From NCBI GenBank assembly GCA_044225505.1, contig JBGAIN010000051.1, forward strand, positions 1 through 45,582: a stretch of DNA of 45,582 nt, given 5' to 3'. A program made the translations under genes and the position numbers. This document shows, piece by piece, positions 30,663 through 39,434 of this stretch. How positions within the stretch are numbered: the stretch's first letter is position 1; each line of letters begins with the position of its first letter. The notes below the pieces were generated by a model. The model made no database searches, had not been told where the DNA came from, and saw only the letters and a program-made list of their open reading frames with translations. Source of the DNA: Limisphaerales bacterium (lineage in GTDB: Bacteria; Verrucomicrobiota; Verrucomicrobiia; Limisphaerales; SIBE01).

Positions 30663-32084
30663 TTACGGAGAGTGTGAGGTGCCAAACGCATTGTGGGTGT
30701 ATTCCGTTCGCCCGGATCGCCAGGTGGCCAGCCCGACTCCCGCGCGACGGTTTTGTCCCGTGCGATCAAAGTCAATGGTGCCAGCAATTCCTGTCCAAGG
30801 CGTGAGCTGGCTTAGTGTGGCTCGCAATTGAGAACGGTTCGGACCCGTCTCGCTCAACGCCCTAAGAAGCAGACGAGTCGCGTCGTAGGTCAGCAGTGCC
30901 GCATAATCCGGGAGATGTTGTCGTTCGGTCACAAATCCCTCGACGAACCGTTGCGCCTCTGGCTGAGCGAGATCCACGAATCCTAAGAGAGGAAAGCAAA
31001 CGCCCTCACAAAACCGGCCGGCTAATTCCTGGAATTCGGATCGCGCCATGGCCGGCCCTCCAAAGACGGTGGGGGGCAACGACGCCGGTCCGTCCGGGGC
31101 ATTGCCCGGTTCGCGACGCTGGACCGCGCGGACGAGATGGGCGGAGTCGGGCAGATTCGCGATAATGATGACCACAGCGGGCTCGGTTTGATGGAGACTC
31201 GACAGAACGCCTCCGAAATCCGATCGGTGGGGAGTGAGCTCGAAGTGGAAATCCGGCGGGTGTTGCCGTCGGGAAAGTTCGTGAATGACAGCGCGTGTTG
31301 TCATGCGCGACTCGTGGTCTGTGGTGCTAATCAGGGCGAGGCGGCCATGACGCTGTTCCATCGTAGCCAGAACCGATCCGACTAGCGCGTGGGCAATCGC
31401 GTCGTCTGATGGCGCACATGAGAACATCCAAGGCACGCCGGCCAAGGTCACTGATGGGTCGGTCGCAATCGGACTGATCAAGGGCAAGTTCGCTTTGGCC
31501 ACAATCTGTTCAGCGAGATGGGTGGATGCCGAATCGATCGAGCCCATTAAGGCGGCTGGCCGTTCCTCATAGACCATGCGCGCCAATTGGGCGACACCGG
31601 TCCCCCACGGATTGTCCGACCAACGCGCAACCAACTGAAAGTGTGTGGCCGGGGCATTTTCCGGGCTTTTCAAAGCCGCCGCGACGTTGGCATCCTTCAC
31701 CGCTCGGTTCGCCGCCCACCACATATCCTGAGCCATTCGGTTCGTGCTGTCGACAGGCCCAAACCAGCCTATTCGGACTTCGGTCGAGGACACCAGGTCG
31801 TCTCCTGGATCGTTATAGTGGAAGGGGAGTTGACGGAGGTTTCGGTACGGCAATTCGCCCGGAACGGTCGCCCGCGGGCTCTCTGCGGTGGGTTCGCTCG
31901 GGAACGCGTGGTCCAGGGTGAATAGCGCCAGCCAAACCAGGGCGTGATGCACCGTGCGCCGGGTGCCACTCCAAGCTCGCTTCGCGGACAGGGAGCTCGA
32001 ATGCATGCGCTTTACGCCCGCTGCGGAAAAGCTGTTGAATGATGACCCTGTCACAACGTCGAATTCCACAGAAGAGACCGGCAC
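30663..32084 (-). CDS. LivJ-like (type I periplasmic binding fold) substrate-binding protein
   Basis: VRIGWFGP, MGSIDSASTHLA, PLISPIATDPSVT, AALLTYDATRLL, GIAGTIDFDRTG. Start may be ATG 32006. Confidence 0.8.
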   Translation of the reverse strand: MPVSSVEFDVVTGSSFNSFSAAGVKRMHSSSLSAKRAWSGTRRTVHHALVWLALFTLDHAFPSEPTAESPRATVPGELPYRNLRQLPFHYNDPGDDLVSSTEVRIGWFGPVDSTNRMAQDMWWAANRAVKDANVAAALKSPENAPATHFQLVARWSDNPWGTGVAQLARMVYEERPAALMGSIDSASTHLAEQIVAKANLPLISPIATDPSVTLAGVPWMFSCAPSDDAIAHALVGSVLATMEQRHGRLALISTTDHESRMTTRAVIHELSRRQHPPDFHFELTPHRSDFGGVLSSLHQTEPAVVIIIANLPDSAHLVRAVQRREPGNAPDGPASLPPTVFGGPAMARSEFQELAGRFCEGVCFPLLGFVDLAQPEAQRFVEGFVTERQHLPDYAALLTYDATRLLLRALSETGPNRSQLRATLSQLTPWTGIAGTIDFDRTGQNRRAGVGLATWRSGRTEYTHNAFGTSHSP

Positions 32085-32091
32085 AGTTGCG

Positions 32092-33582
32092 TTACTCGTT
32101 CTCGTTTTCCTCGCGTTCTCGGCGCATTTGTTCTACGACATGGCCGCGCGGTATCCCCAACGCCTCACGGGAGTAGTAATTCCAACTGCCTTTTTCAAAC
32201 TTCGCGAGATAGACTTCGCCACCGTCATCCAGGGCTGAACTGAGCGGAATCTCTCCAGTCACACCTTCAAACGGTTCGGCGCGGTAAGCTAAGACATCGC
32301 GAATCTTCGCCCGATTGAGACCTGCGGTTTGGATCGCCCAAATCAACATGTTTGCTCCATCATAAGCGTGGGCAGCATACGTGCTCGCGGGAACTCCGTA
32401 ACGCTCCAGAAACCCCTTCCGAAAGGCATCGAGTTTCGGATCTTGGCGATTGGGATTCCAGGGATAACCGCAAATGACCCCATTCGCGTTCGTTCCAGCA
32501 ATCTGGACAAACTCGTCGGTCACCGCCCGATCACATGTCAGAAACGGCTGGTCGAGACCGCGGGAACGCATGGCATTCAGAACGCGCGCTGCGTCGTCCC
32601 CGTTGCCCCAATGAAAGATGACGTCGGGCTTGTATTCCGCGATCCGGTCGAGCTGCATATCAAAGTTCGTGCTGCCCACCTTGTAGGCCATTTCGATGAC
32701 GCTAGGGTGTCCCAGGCGCCGACAGCTATCCCTGATCTCGCGGACTCCAAAGCGGCCATAGCGATTGCTCGATCGGATGATCGCGGGCCGTTGGTATTTC
32801 ATCTTGCGTAAGGCGAAGTCGACGAGGATGTAATTGAGTTGTCGATCGTCGCCAATGCAACGCATTACCCATGGAATGTTGGTCTCGATATAGGTGGGAT
32901 CGAGATCCCCGGGGGTCATCCAAGGAATCTCGATCTTAAGCGCGACGCGGATGGCGATGTGGGTGTTCGCTCCATCAATACCGCCGATGATGGCCCAGAC
33001 ATTGTCTTTGTAGGCCAGATGAATCACTTCGCTCCCGGAGGCACCCCAGAGCGCGTTGTCGTTGCGCACGCATAACTCAAATGGGATCTTACGCTTGAAA
33101 TAGCCGCCCTTGGCGTTGGCTTCGTCGATGGCCATGCGGATGGCCTGGAGCATGGCGATTCCCAATGCTTCTTCGTTGTGGCTCCGGCCCCCGGTCGCCA
33201 CTGAGACCGTGGGCATGATGGGGCCCAAAAACCCAATCTTTACCGTATCCACGTGCTCAGGCTCCGGGATCGCTCGTCCGGATCCCGTATACTCCATTTG
33301 AACGAGAAAGTGCTCTTTGAATGGCTTTACACCTCCGTACGGTTCCACGTCGGACGAAGAGTGGGCGTAATTGCTGTTGGTCTTGAGCGGCAGGGCCAGA
33401 GGTTCATAGGCACTGATGCCCTCCAGTTGTTTGAGGATGTCTTCGACTTTGACATCGTCCGGGCGGAGCGGTTTGTCTGAGGCCGGTGCGGTTGGAGTTG
33501 CGCTCTGGGCAAACCCCAAACCGAGGCAGAGGCTGGTGCTAACGAGAGCGGCCAGCGAACGGATCAGGCGCAATCTAAGCAT
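32092..33582 (-). CDS. LivJ-like (type I periplasmic binding fold) substrate-binding protein
   Basis: Signal peptide; VKIGFLGP, MAIDEANAKGG, AIIGGIDGANTH, NRYGRFG, AAHAYDGANML, FEGVTGEI. Confidence 0.85.
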   Translation of the reverse strand: MLRLRLIRSLAALVSTSLCLGLGFAQSATPTAPASDKPLRPDDVKVEDILKQLEGISAYEPLALPLKTNSNYAHSSSDVEPYGGVKPFKEHFLVQMEYTGSGRAIPEPEHVDTVKIGFLGPIMPTVSVATGGRSHNEEALGIAMLQAIRMAIDEANAKGGYFKRKIPFELCVRNDNALWGASGSEVIHLAYKDNVWAIIGGIDGANTHIAIRVALKIEIPWMTPGDLDPTYIETNIPWVMRCIGDDRQLNYILVDFALRKMKYQRPAIIRSSNRYGRFGVREIRDSCRRLGHPSVIEMAYKVGSTNFDMQLDRIAEYKPDVIFHWGNGDDAARVLNAMRSRGLDQPFLTCDRAVTDEFVQIAGTNANGVICGYPWNPNRQDPKLDAFRKGFLERYGVPASTYAAHAYDGANMLIWAIQTAGLNRAKIRDVLAYRAEPFEGVTGEIPLSSALDDGGEVYLAKFEKGSWNYYSREALGIPRGHVVEQMRREREENENE

Positions 33583-33615
33583 AGGACATCAAAGGGGTTG
33601 AGTGAGCCGAAAGTT

Positions 33616-34804
33616 TCAATGGGTTCGCGCGGTGGCGGAGACGGGCTGAGGAGTTCGCAGGCGCGGGTAATATCCTTGACCGACGCCGTGGCCGATTCCT
33701 TTTGAGGTCCCGATCCAGACGTCAGGTCCATCAAAATCGATGCAGATGATGAAATTTTGCGGCACGTTATACCCTGTGTTCACCACCTGCAGGAGTTCGT
33801 GTCCTTGTTTAATCACCGCTTTTCCCGTGTGATTCTTGCCGTCGGAGGTATACGCGACCCACGTATCCGTCTCCGCATCCATGCAAGCACCCGCGCCTTT
33901 GTCTCCCGCAAACCAGCATTCCTGCGCGCTCCGCGCCTTGATGTTGTTGTTGAAGTTGCTGGGCAAGCCGCAATCGTGATCGAAATAGCCGCGCCAATGC
34001 CGGCCGTCATAGCGAGCGCACCCGAAATAGGACGAAATCCACAGCACTTTCTCGATGTAACTCGCGCCTGTGACGATCACGTGGACGTTGCCATCATCCC
34101 GATAAAGGTCGATTTCCATCTCGCCATCCGGGTCCAGATACACCTTCCAATTTTCGGTTTTGACGTCGTACTCGAGCACGCCGCTGCCCCAGACCGCCAG
34201 GTGCACCTTGCCATCACAGGCACTCACGTTGTAGTTCCAGATCTCTTCCATGGGGGCATTTTTTTCTGTAAATACATCCCAGTGGTCGGTCTTGGTATTG
34301 TAACGGCTGGCACCGGCGGTTGTCGCGCACCAGACATGGTCGCCTTCCAGAGCAATCGCGTAGACCACATCATTGACCAAGCCGCTGTTGAGTTGATGAA
34401 AATGATCGAAACGCCCGCCCGTAAAACGCGCCAAGCCACCCCCAAACAAGCCCAACCAGATATCCCCGGTTCTCGGATCCACTTCGATCGCCGTAATCAC
34501 GCGCCAGGGGAGTCCGTCCTTCTCACCCCAAGTTTTGATTTGCCGTGTCTTCTTGTCAAAGCGGGCCAAGCCGTTTTCAGTGCCAATCCAAATACAATCG
34601 CGTGAAGGGTCGGCCTTCAGGCGAAGATGTGGTCGTTGGGAAGGCCTGCTGCGTTGTTAGTTGTTCCCATTGGGTATAGACGTATGCGGCATTGGCCGTT
34701 CTATCGCAGGAGCAGCTTTGCCATCGCTGGGGTCGGCGGTGGCGCTCGCCGAGACGAGAGCGCCCAGCGAGGAACGTCGCGTCGAGGAATCGCAGCATTT
34801 TCAT
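33616..34804 (-). CDS. Secreted beta-propeller protein (two-component-regulator propeller repeats); 5' part disrupted by indels
   Basis: Repeats IWIGTENGLARFD, DGLPWRVITAI, IWLGLFGGGL, SGLVNDVVYAI, VWIGTSKG. The upstream pieces (signal-like segment, YVYTQWEQLT, GLPNDHIFA) are spread over three frames in 34620-34804; start at 34804 is tentative. Confidence 0.72.
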
Positions 34805-34847
34805 AGAAGACGTGAACATTATCGGCCGGGAATCCGGGCCGGGACAG

Positions 34848-37711
34848 CTAAAGCGTTTAAGATATTCCACCAGATCGTTTAATTGGTCTTTGGTCATGTC
34901 GTTGGTCACTCCGTGCTGGTCGTAAGGATTGTAAACCGTCCAGATCTCCTCCAACGTCTGCGCAATCCCGTTATGCAGGTATGGTGCGGAATCGTAGATG
35001 TTCAACAAATGCGGCGCATCAAACTTGCCCGTGCGGTCGTAGGCGAACTTGGTGCCGACATCGTGAATCCTACCGTCGGTGTAGAGAGGCGGCGGATGAC
35101 AGGTGTGGCAGCGGCGATCCAGTGGAATGATCGATCCATCATTCTTGCGCGTCCGTTCGAACATTGCTTTGCCCCGGCGCTGGGCTTCGGAGAGGTCGTC
35201 TCCCAGCTTGCGATAACGATTGGGCGGGCGCGGGATGGTGCAAAGATAATAGTGCAAATCATCGAGTTGCTCGGACGTGAATGGCTGGATCCGAGTGATG
35301 AAGACCGCCAAGCGCGGACCGCACTGACGCCTGAGGCTTGGGTTGATTCCGATCCATTTGTAGGGAGCCATGTCATTGATCCCGCGCAACGTCCGGTTGT
35401 CGATTGGCCCCATGCCAATGCCATCATCCTCGATATCGTAAACGATGTTGTCGATGTGCCCATCGGGATGACAACTGCTACAGGAGAACTGACGCCGGAA
35501 GGCCACGTCGGCGCTATGAAAGAGCTTCTCACCACGTCGGCGTTGGGTCATCTCCTTGGAGCCACCCAAGTCGATCCGGCCCGCCATCTCCAGCTTTTTC
35601 AGATCGATGACGCTCACTGAATCATCGAGCATGCTCGCCACGTAAGCCGTTGCTCCGTCTTTGGAAATCAGAATGCCGTGCGGCGCAGTTCCGACAGCGA
35701 TATGCTTCGCGACAAATTCCGCCGGTTTGCCCGTGTGGTTCGGCAGGACGTGCTGCCGTTCTTCCGGTGTTGCGCTTTGAATCAGGGCGATCAGCTTTGC
35801 CAGATCCACCACCGCGACTCGATCTGTGCTGCTGCTGGTCACCAGCGCAAGACGACCGTCCGGTGTGATCGCGACATCGATCGGGTCTGGGAAACAAAGG
35901 TCGTTCTGATCCAGCAGCACTTGATCCACGGTTCCGTCTTTCCAGAATACACCCAAGCCATTGGAAATGGTCCAGCCATGGTTAATCCGTGTCATCGGGA
36001 CCAGATTCTTGGTGCGGAGCAGGGGAAGGAGGGCATACTCTCCGGTCGGATGCCAGGCAATCCCCTGAAGCAGATTGGCGCCGGAAACAACCGCGCGGTC
36101 TTGCACGATACCCTTCAACGCGTCGATCACCATCACTTCGGATTGGCTGGGCTTGCGATCGCCGATAAACCGGGAGAGTGCGTGCGTCACGAGAATTCGC
36201 TGGCCGTCCGGCGACTCTGCCAGAGACCAGGGCGATCGCGACGCGCTCAGACGCCGCACCTCCTTGAGGCTGGCGATGTCAATCACGGACACGTTGTCAA
36301 TCGCTGTATTTAAAACGTATAGGTTTTGGCCGCGTTGATCGACCAGCAAGCCGTGCGGCTCATCTCCCACCTCGATCGTCGCGATCACTTGGTGTGACGC
36401 CACGTCGATCACAGAGACGTTGTCGTCCAGTCGGTTCGAAACGAATGCTCGCTGACCGTCCGGAGTAAAAGCGACATCGTGCGGCTGGCCTCCGACTGTG
36501 ATTTCCAGGATTCGAACGCGGGAGGCCGTGTCCACGACCACGACGGACGAGGAAGCTTCACATGTCACCCAAAGCTCGCGGCCATTGGGCGTTAACGCGA
36601 GATTGAGCGGGTTCTTGTAAGTCGGTTCGGCGGTCGCTACCCGAGTTGGTTTGGTGGGATGCGCGATCTTCCGCACCGCTGCGGTATAATCGAACGGTTT
36701 CCCATGAGCCTTATCGTGGCACGGCGCGCAGGTTTGGGCGTTGATGGGCAAGAGCCCCTTGGTCATGGCTGTGGCCTTGTCGAGCATGATGGCCTCGGGC
36801 GAATAGTCGAGACCTGGACCATGGCACGATTCACATTGCACCCCATCCGTCAGATCAAAACCTTTCTCCAAATGAGTCGTGTCGATGGTCGCGGCGGTGG
36901 CGTGGCATTTGAGGCACTGCTCACTCTTTTGGGGATCGGTTCGAACACCTTCCGAGCGGGCAATTTCAAAGCCCTTCTCCGTGGCAAGCTCCGCATAGGC
37001 GCGGGCGTGCTCCGATCGGCGCCATTGGCTGAATTGGAAGTTAAACTTCGGACCGGTGTGGCACACGGCACAGGCCATCACCCCGACGTAGTGACGCGGG
37101 CTGGATGTCTTGGGGAACTCTTGGGGTTTCTCCAACGTCGGTTTCTCTTCGGGTATGCGATGGGCAATGCGTTGAAATGCTTCTTTGAGCTGAAACGGTT
37201 GCTTCTTCAGCACGGCCTCATGCGAACCTTTGGCGCGGTGGCAGATCATACAGTCTTCTTTCGGGAGAAGTCTGAGACCGTTCGCCAGGGCTCGCGGTTT
37301 GTCTTTCATGATTTCTTCGGTGGCGTACTCGCTGCCCGGTCCATGGCACGCCTCGCATTGCAGTCCGTCCTCCAAATGAAACTCCTCGCCATGCCGCCAA
37401 TCCTCTTCTTCCGAAGCCGTGGCATGGCATCCCAGGCACATCTTGGCGCGGTGCGGTTCTTCTGTAATGCCGCTGAGTTTCGTGATCTCTTTCGCTTCGG
37501 GCAGTGAGAGCGCCGCATACGCCTTGGCATGGGCGGTCAATCGCCACTTGCTGAACTGATGGCCCATGGCGGGGCCGTCATGGCAATGGCCGCACGCCTG
37601 GGCACCGATATAGATCGCTTCTTTGCCGCTGGCATAACTGGCAGCGCGGGCTGGGTGTGCGGACCACAAGAGAAACACGAGGCTGATCCAACCGATCGCT
37701 GGCGTCTTCAT
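34848..37711 (-). CDS. Decaheme fusion: two cytochrome c554-like tetraheme domains + YVTN beta-propeller + di-heme peroxidase/MauG-like domain (HzsB/HzsC-like layout)
   Basis: Signal peptide; 10 CxxCH motifs (CGHCH, CLGCH, CEACH, CMICH, CAVCH, CLKCH, CESCH, CAPCH, CSSCH, CHTCH); YVTN repeats (AFVSNRLDDNVSVID, LYVLNTAIDNVSVID); GEKLF, GKAMF, SAPYLHNG, LNDLVEYLK. Natural end LKTL* at 34848 needs one extra A; as given the ORF reads on to 34577. Confidence 0.82.
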
Positions 37712-37751
37712 GCGGGGTTTAGGGAGGGCGCGTTGAGGTTTTTGCCTGGGT

Positions 37752-39434
37752 TCATGGGGTCGGCGCCTTCACGTTGAGAATCTGGTTCGCTGGAACGTGC
37801 TCAAGCCGTTGTTTCCGGCCATTCGGCCAGGCAATCTCGACCGCATCCGCTTGAGAAGCCTTCCCCAATCCAAAGTGCGGCCGCGGATCACTGCTGGTGA
37901 GATAGCCATTGACAGCGATGACCGGTTGAACCATCGCCAGACCGTGCGCGGTCACCGTGACCGTGGCACCCAAAGCGACCATTCCGGTGTCGGACCGAAC
38001 GGGAACCACCTTGAGCCAGGATTGGCGATTCCCTCCATCATTCCGCAGCAAATGGGGCGCGTTCTGAATGGTGTTCATCACAATGTCGATGTCGCCGTCG
38101 TTATCGAAATCGCCGAACGCCGCACCCCGGCCGACACATTTGGTCTTGAAGAAGTCTCCCGAGAAATCCGTCACGTCGATGAATCGGCCTTTCCCATCGT
38201 AGCGAGCTAGGGTGGCTTCCTCGACGTAGAGATGGTGCGGGTCGCCATTGGCGATGAATAAGTCCAGGTAGCCATCGTTGTCGTAGTCGTTCAGCAGCCC
38301 GCCCCAACCGGTATATTGGCCACAAAGCAGCGCCACGCCAGACTGTGCTGTGACATCTAGGAAAAACCCCTTCTTCACCTGCAACATGAGCGAGCTGTAG
38401 CCCATGTCCGGCACGAGAATGTCCAACAATCCGTTGCGATCCACATCTCCGACAAACGGCCCCATGGAAGATACGCCCTGGCCTCCTTCGCCGAACGCGG
38501 TGCCATTCTCCACGGCCATGTCCTTGAAATGCCCATGGCCATCGTTAATCCAGCAATTGTTGGCCATGGCATCGTTCGTGACGTAGATATCCAAGTCCCC
38601 GTCGCCGTCTAGATCACAAACCACTGCCCCCATGCCGCGACCTGTGGGCTCCCATAATCCGGCTGCCTTCGTGATGTCGGTAAACGTTCCGTCGCCGTTG
38701 TTTCGATAGAGGTTGTCCGGTTGCCCGGGATAGGAGAGAGGTCCCGGGAAGTTGTCGGCTTTATAATACGCGCCCGTGCGTTGGAAAGCTCCTTTATCGT
38801 AGTTGAGGTAATGGACGACGAACAGGTCTAACAGCCCGTCCCCATCCACGTCGAACCAGGGCGCGGAGAGTGCCCAACCCGGGCTGGCCACGCCGGCTTT
38901 AGCCGTGACATCTGTAAATGTTCCATTCCGGTTGTTATGGTAAAGGATGCTCTGGCCGTAATTGCAGACGTAGAGGTCCAGGTAACCGTCGTTATCATAA
39001 TCTCCGGCGGATGCGGCCATGCCATAGCCATCCTCAATTCCCTCAACGCCCGCTTTGTCCGTCACGTCGGTGAAAGTTCCGTTGCCGTTATTATGGTAGA
39101 GCGCGTTTTTGAGTTTTCCTTTCAGATGCCGGCCCCGGTTGTCGCTGATGTCCGGATGCCACCGTCCGTTGACGAAATAGATGTCGAGGAAGCCATCGTT
39201 GTCATAGTCGAAGAGGGCGCAACCCGGCCCGGTCGCCTCGACAATGTTGCTCATTTCCAGATCGCCCAGGCTATGACGGAAGTGGATCCCCGCGGATTCC
39301 GTCACGTCGGTAAACTGCGGCCACGTCGGCTCGGCTGCGAGCGCGCGCGGCGCTAAGGCCAGCACGCCTAACAACGGCCATAGGCCCGGCCCAGATCGAG
39401 AGCATGCGCGGATGAGTCGAGAAGGTGATTTCAT
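37752..39434 (-). CDS. CRTAC1-family FG-GAP/ASPIC-UnbV secreted protein
   Basis: Signal peptide from ATG 39434 (ATGA overlap with upstream stop); FTDVT.KAG repeats, DYDNDG loops, GRGAAFGDFDNDGDID, PHFGLG...IAWPNG. Confidence 0.88.
   Translation of the reverse strand: MKSPSRLIRACSRSGPGLWPLLGVLALAPRALAAEPTWPQFTDVTESAGIHFRHSLGDLEMSNIVEATGPGCALFDYDNDGFLDIYFVNGRWHPDISDNRGRHLKGKLKNALYHNNGNGTFTDVTDKAGVEGIEDGYGMAASAGDYDNDGYLDLYVCNYGQSILYHNNRNGTFTDVTAKAGVASPGWALSAPWFDVDGDGLLDLFVVHYLNYDKGAFQRTGAYYKADNFPGPLSYPGQPDNLYRNNGDGTFTDITKAAGLWEPTGRGMGAVVCDLDGDGDLDIYVTNDAMANNCWINDGHGHFKDMAVENGTAFGEGGQGVSSMGPFVGDVDRNGLLDILVPDMGYSSLMLQVKKGFFLDVTAQSGVALLCGQYTGWGGLLNDYDNDGYLDLFIANGDPHHLYVEEATLARYDGKGRFIDVTDFSGDFFKTKCVGRGAAFGDFDNDGDIDIVMNTIQNAPHLLRNDGGNRQSWLKVVPVRSDTGMVALGATVTVTAHGLAMVQPVIAVNGYLTSSDPRPHFGLGKASQADAVEIAWPNGRKQRLEHVPANQILNVKAPTP

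Noticed and set aside
34577..34847. C-terminal 90-aa extension of the 1044-aa ORF as a real domain
   Set aside because: Explained by one missing A before a natural LKTL* end; the extension contains out-of-frame pieces of the next gene.
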